Origin: an uncultured bacterium
Lineage (GTDB): Bacteria; Fidelibacterota; Marinisomatia; Marinisomatales; JAHJCW01
Assembly: GCA_964634215.1 (NCBI GenBank)
Contig: CAZWKR010000007.1
Span: 35,244-99,243 of the forward strand
DNA: 64,000 bases
Direction of reading: 5' to 3'
The notes under the pieces are model-generated. The model saw only the letters and a program-made list of their open reading frames with translations. It made no database searches and was not told the origin of the DNA. Position 1 is the first letter of the stretch, and every line of letters begins with the position of its first letter. Made by a program: the position numbers and the translations under genes. This document shows positions 59,699 through 64,000 of the stretch, piece after piece.

Positions 59699-60942
59699 GC
59701 AAAGGACAATAATAAGGATAATGTGGTTCTTAATTCATTTGTGAGAATACCTTTCTTTTGACTTAATATCTCAATATCACCTACAGATATCCACACGCCA
59801 AAGTCTGTACTCAAATCATCTGGTGAATCTTTCCATTGACCTAATACATATTTACATGAATTTCTATAAAATCTACCACCCTCGTCGGTCTGCTCAATTT
59901 CAGTTAGAATGTTAATATTCTTAAGTATTTTCGCAATATCATCGTTATCATTTTTTAGTATCCCCTGACCTGTTTGAAAAGATGGTCCAAGTTCTGTATG
60001 GTTTTTAAATCCAATTTCAGGGTAAGCCTTAAGATAAAACATTGCTGTATTATTAAAAATATAAAATACTAGAAGACAGTATTCCATAGTTGACCTAACT
60101 AAAAGAGGCTGTTTCCACGTTTTTACCTCTCTTTCTTGAAAATAAATATCAAAAAATGAAATAACCGAATCGTTGTTTTCATTAACTATCCCCGAATTTA
60201 CTATAGCATGTTTCTTCATCTCTATTAATGGGATTACTTCATAAGACGTATTATACTTATTATTTATTTTTATTAAAAACTTTTGTGTATTTTTTAATAG
60301 ATTTTTACTTTTTGACTGATAAGAATTATTTAGAGATTCAGATAATGTCTTTTTAAGATGCGAGTTAATAAATATTTTGTCAATATCTTCAGTCAATAGA
60401 TACCAACTACCAGACGAAATAACGGACCTTGCATCAGTATTTATTATAAAATTATCCCTAAGTTTATCCTTTAATTCATTACTTTTTATCCAAAAATAAT
60501 TTTTATTTTGGGTCTTAAACTTATTCTCAATTATTACCTTACAATTTTTATTATACTTATTTAGAAATCTATCCCCTTGCTCAGATCCCTCTATGTCTAA
60601 TATCAAATTATCTGATTCTGTGAAGAATTTAAGATAATGTGTTTTTTTCCCACCGTGAACCCGTTCATAATTTGATTTAGTTGCTTGGACAGTTGGGGCT
60701 AACTGGTAATAGTTAATATTGCCCGGTTCTGGTTTGTTTTGAATTAACCATCGTCTATTACGATTATTGCTAGTGACAATAAAACCTAAAATGCCTATTT
60801 CATCCTGCTTAATCATAATATGCTCTGTACCATTATGTTTTACACAGACTATTGAGAAATATCTATTGCTTTCATGTCGAAGACTATCATAATCCATGAC
60901 CCATTCTTGGCATTCCGTATAATTAATATTCTTTACTGGCAT
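59695..60942 (-). CDS. NDP-hexose 2,3-dehydratase-family protein
   Basis: Duplicated domain: Q.EIGILG, KPEPGN, LAPTVQATKSN, SEQGDRF and DARS; then WKQPL, ELGPS, DEGGRFY and NELRT. Confidence 0.85.
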   Translation of the reverse strand: MPVKNINYTECQEWVMDYDSLRHESNRYFSIVCVKHNGTEHIMIKQDEIGILGFIVTSNNRNRRWLIQNKPEPGNINYYQLAPTVQATKSNYERVHGGKKTHYLKFFTESDNLILDIEGSEQGDRFLNKYNKNCKVIIENKFKTQNKNYFWIKSNELKDKLRDNFIINTDARSVISSGSWYLLTEDIDKIFINSHLKKTLSESLNNSYQSKSKNLLKNTQKFLIKINNKYNTSYEVIPLIEMKKHAIVNSGIVNENNDSVISFFDIYFQEREVKTWKQPLLVRSTMEYCLLVFYIFNNTAMFYLKAYPEIGFKNHTELGPSFQTGQGILKNDNDDIAKILKNINILTEIEQTDEGGRFYRNSCKYVLGQWKDSPDDLSTDFGVWISVGDIEILSQKKGILTNELRTTLSLLLSFA

Positions 60943-60956
60943 TCAGATTTCTAATA

Positions 60957-62183
60957 TTATATAATATTACACTGGGTTAATTCGTTTATTATAGTTTCTG
61001 GTGGAATAAAACTGTTAATATTTTCACCTGTTCTATCATATAGTAAAGACTTAAAATACTTAGAGGAATATATCGTTTTGTTTTTTTGTTCTTGATCAAT
61101 AATACCGGTCGCAATATATTTTTGAAAATTATCAATTATTCTTTGTTCTTTTTTATTTTTTATAAGTAGTTCAATTGATATATTTTTAGTCACTAACTTA
61201 TTTTTTAATGCTTCATTAATATCATTTTTGATGAATGCACGAGTATCACTAGGATTTAAATACAAATAGAATTTGACCTTATTTAAATCAATCTCCTTAC
61301 TTAAATATTTTGGTTGAGTCTCTGCCGTGTTATTTTTAAAGATGGTCCTTATTGGAAAGAGTAAATATGAGAGCCAGATTATTAATTTGTTCTCTATTCT
61401 AAATATCAAATTTAAAATATAATAGCTAACTATTTTGTCAAAACGTAAGTAATAAACCATTCTAGAAAAATACGGTTTTGATAGAAAAGGATGAAGATTA
61501 AACTTTAAAGTTGTTACTTTGTTTGAATAAGAAATGACAGTTTTTTCTCTTACAGCCCTTGATAACCAATCCATCAGTGGTGTTTTAATTGTTTTATCAG
61601 GTGCAAACCAATACCCAACTTTTTTAGCAAGTTTGGTTTTAATAACCCATGAACTAGCCGGTTCAAAAAACTCATTAGGGCCATAAATACATCTCCAAAT
61701 TGGTTCAGGATTATTAATCTCAGAAAAGTGTGATCTTTCATCTTGTTCATCAAAATACTCTTGATGTTTATTATGGCAGAAAGCGGCTTTCCCTATGAAA
61801 AATTCTGATAAATTATTATTCATAGTATTAATTGCAGTTTCAATATGGTCCGATAACCATAAATCATCATGGTTTAAAAAGGCGATGTACTCTGTTGTTG
61901 CCATATGAATTCCAACAGAGTTTGGACCATACTGGTTGCCACATCTCATTGGAAGATTTATTAGCTTTACTCTTGGATCAGATAAATCTACATTTTTTAC
62001 GAAATGATCATCACAGCAATCAGCAACAATTAAAACATTCCATTTTTCATATGTCTGGTTATATACTGATTGGAGTGCAATATTTAATGAATCATATCTT
62101 AGGTAAGCAGCAATAATAATTGTTACTTCTTCATCATTCTTAATATTACCGCTATCTAGGCTACTAAATTTGGTTCTATTCAT
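60957..62183 (-). CDS. Family 2 glycosyltransferase
   Basis: IIIAAY, SVYNQTY and YIAFLNHDDLW motifs. Confidence 0.85.
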   Translation of the reverse strand: MNRTKFSSLDSGNIKNDEEVTIIIAAYLRYDSLNIALQSVYNQTYEKWNVLIVADCCDDHFVKNVDLSDPRVKLINLPMRCGNQYGPNSVGIHMATTEYIAFLNHDDLWLSDHIETAINTMNNNLSEFFIGKAAFCHNKHQEYFDEQDERSHFSEINNPEPIWRCIYGPNEFFEPASSWVIKTKLAKKVGYWFAPDKTIKTPLMDWLSRAVREKTVISYSNKVTTLKFNLHPFLSKPYFSRMVYYLRFDKIVSYYILNLIFRIENKLIIWLSYLLFPIRTIFKNNTAETQPKYLSKEIDLNKVKFYLYLNPSDTRAFIKNDINEALKNKLVTKNISIELLIKNKKEQRIIDNFQKYIATGIIDQEQKNKTIYSSKYFKSLLYDRTGENINSFIPPETIINELTQCNII

Positions 62184-62279
62184 TTTTAATTATAGTTACC
62201 GGTAATTGCACCAAATATCAATTTAATCTATTGTTTTATTAAATCAGTATTTTTTGTTTTATGATTCTATTAAATAAAA

Positions 62280-62978
62280 CTAAAAAATCAGATCACTCGA
62301 ATTATCAATTTCTTGTGGTTTTTTCCCATATCTAAATAATCTTAAGGTCTTATCACCTAATAATTTTATACTATTATCTATGATCCTTAATCCGGTCCCT
62401 TCGCGTAATCCAATTACAATTTTCTCTCGATTAATTTCTAAAAATTCATTTATGCGATCTTCACGGGTCTCGCCACCGTGCCCATTAGGATTGGCATCAA
62501 GATAATGTGGATTAATTTGAAATGGCACTAAGTTGAATGTTTCAAATGATTCCGGTTGGATGATTGGCATATCATTGGTTGTTGATAGGGTAGGGCAGGC
62601 AACGTTAGCTCCGGCACTCCAACCAATATATGGTTTCCCTGCTAAGATTGCTTTACGAATAAGTGGTATCAATCCATTTTTATGTAAATAATAAACCAGA
62701 TGGAATGTATTGCCGCCACCGACTATTATCATATCTGCTTCATTGATGGCTTTAGCCGGATCTTTCTGTTTATAAATTGATATAGTTTCGTATCCGAATT
62801 TTTCGAAATAATTGTTTACTTTTTTATAGTAGCCATCCCAATAAACATTTACACCTGCATATGGAATAAAGAGCAGTTTTTTTGGAGCATCTCCGATAAA
62901 TGTTTTTAGATATTCTTGAGGCCAATCTAAAAATGGTTTTCCTGCCATTGTTGAATTGCTTAAGAGTAATAACTTCAT
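62280..62978 (-). CDS. pepE: Dipeptidase E (S51)
   Basis: LLLSNS, VGGGNTF, GWSAG, TTNDMPI, QINPHY and GHGGETRE motifs. Confidence 0.95.
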   Translation of the reverse strand: MKLLLLSNSTMAGKPFLDWPQEYLKTFIGDAPKKLLFIPYAGVNVYWDGYYKKVNNYFEKFGYETISIYKQKDPAKAINEADMIIVGGGNTFHLVYYLHKNGLIPLIRKAILAGKPYIGWSAGANVACPTLSTTNDMPIIQPESFETFNLVPFQINPHYLDANPNGHGGETREDRINEFLEINREKIVIGLREGTGLRIIDNSIKLLGDKTLRLFRYGKKPQEIDNSSDLIF

Positions 62979-63577
62979 AGAATTACACCATTTATTAGTT
63001 TAGTGAAATGATTATAAAAATTTGATAATGGAAACCCCATTACATTATAGAAGCAACCTTCAATCTTTTTAACACAAACCGCGAACCAATCCTGTATCCC
63101 ATAACTGCCGGCTTTATCTAACGGGTTGTAATTATCAATGTAAAATTGAATTTGCTCATCAGCTAATTTCTGAAAAGTAACTTTGGTCTCTTCATTAAAA
63201 GTGTCTATTATATTTTTTTCCTGCCATACTATTGAAACACCTGTAACAACAGTATGTGTTCTACCTGAAAGCTTTCTCAGTATTGATTTACTGTCATTCT
63301 CATCAATAGGTTTACCGATGATTACATTGTCAAGAACAACGATTGTATCAGCTCCAATTACTATGCTATCAGAATATTTATTAGCAACATCAAGCGCTTT
63401 TAAATTGGCGTAATGCTTTGCAAATTCGATTGGTTTAAGATCAATATTGAAATCTTCGTGAACGGAACTTGAGATTACATCAAATTTTAAATCAATTAAT
63501 TCTAATAATGATTTTCGTCGCGGGGAATTTGATGCTAAAATTATTGGTGGGTAGTTTTGTAGTAATGTTTTATTCAT
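62975..63577 (-). CDS. maf: Maf-family nucleoside triphosphate pyrophosphatase
   Basis: ILASNSPRR, IGADT, GKP, LSGRTH, DKAGSYGIQ and NVMGFP motifs. Confidence 0.95.
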   Translation of the reverse strand: MNKTLLQNYPPIILASNSPRRKSLLELIDLKFDVISSSVHEDFNIDLKPIEFAKHYANLKALDVANKYSDSIVIGADTIVVLDNVIIGKPIDENDSKSILRKLSGRTHTVVTGVSIVWQEKNIIDTFNEETKVTFQKLADEQIQFYIDNYNPLDKAGSYGIQDWFAVCVKKIEGCFYNVMGFPLSNFYNHFTKLINGVIL

Positions 63578-64000
63578 ATTTAGCTAATCGTCCGATAAAT
63601 GATGCAGTTTCTTCATCTTCAACCGCTTTTAATCGATATAAATATACACCGTTTGCCAATTTGTCACCAAAGGCATCTTCACCATTCCAATCAATTGTGT
63701 GGAATCCAACAGAGAAATATTCCGATTCAATTTGCATAATTTTTCGGCCTCCTAAGGTGAAGATGTCAACACTTACATCAGCCGGTTGCGATATCTCAAA
63801 TGTAAATTGTGTAGAATTTGAAAAAGGATTCGGGAAATTTGTTACATTAAATAATTTTAATTTTGCTTCTGCAATCCGATACAAAATTATCTCACTTTCA
63901 GAAGGATTATTGGCACTATCCCACGCTTTAAGTGATAGATGCAGATCCTGTGAATTCTCGTCTAAATCCAATGGAATTGTACCGGTAGTAATACTATTAT
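63570..64000 (-). CDS. C-terminal fragment of a PorU-like (C25/T9SS sortase) protein with FlgD-Ig/CTD (5' part outside the window)
   Basis: The frame is open to the window edge. LKAWDSANN, NFPNPFS..T.FTF and WNGEDAFGDKLANGVYLYRL motifs. Confidence 0.7.
   Translation of the reverse strand, partial: NSITTGTIPLDLDENSQDLHLSLKAWDSANNPSESEIILYRIAEAKLKLFNVTNFPNPFSNSTQFTFEISQPADVSVDIFTLGGRKIMQIESEYFSVGFHTIDWNGEDAFGDKLANGVYLYRLKAVEDEETASFIGRLAKYE

Overview
AT-rich bacterial chromosome window. The gene content (short Bacteroidota-like sigma70, long IspG, S46 peptidase, T9SS-like C-terminal domains, yet clear GGAG ribosome-binding sites) suggests an FCB-group organism such as Marinimicrobia; this is inference. 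Positions 1-17144 hold a selenium/molybdenum-dependent purine (urate) catabolic cluster: xdh subunits, ssnA, ygeY, ygeW-like, two PLP enzymes, ygfK, 8-oxoguanine deaminase and divergent yqeC-mocA-yqeB-xdhC. The rest is housekeeping genes (arfB, sigma70, ispG, comM, dut, groES/groEL with a perfect CIRCE, folB/folK, rsmE, hinT, smc, pepE, maf, a porU-like fragment) broken up by small accessory inserts. The best candidate for a new system lies between rsmE and hinT (49720-54827). It has a TPR protein with tandem Fis-like HTHs, an outer-membrane HExxH/beta-propeller/barrel protein, a tiny lipoprotein ending in four SGQSxNG repeats, and two unannotated 10-codon ORFs with strong RBSs (MLFSGTSDRW, MANSGTSDRW). 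These are followed by hairpins whose loops are complementary to the RBSs. Together they resemble an RRNPP-like peptide-signalling module in a diderm bacterium. Also notable are a 680-bp insert flanked by a synonymously diverged duplicate of the comM 3' end, a probable ATT-initiated gene, and an AT-rich three-gene cassette of unknown function. All functional calls come from motif recognition by eye; no database searches were run.
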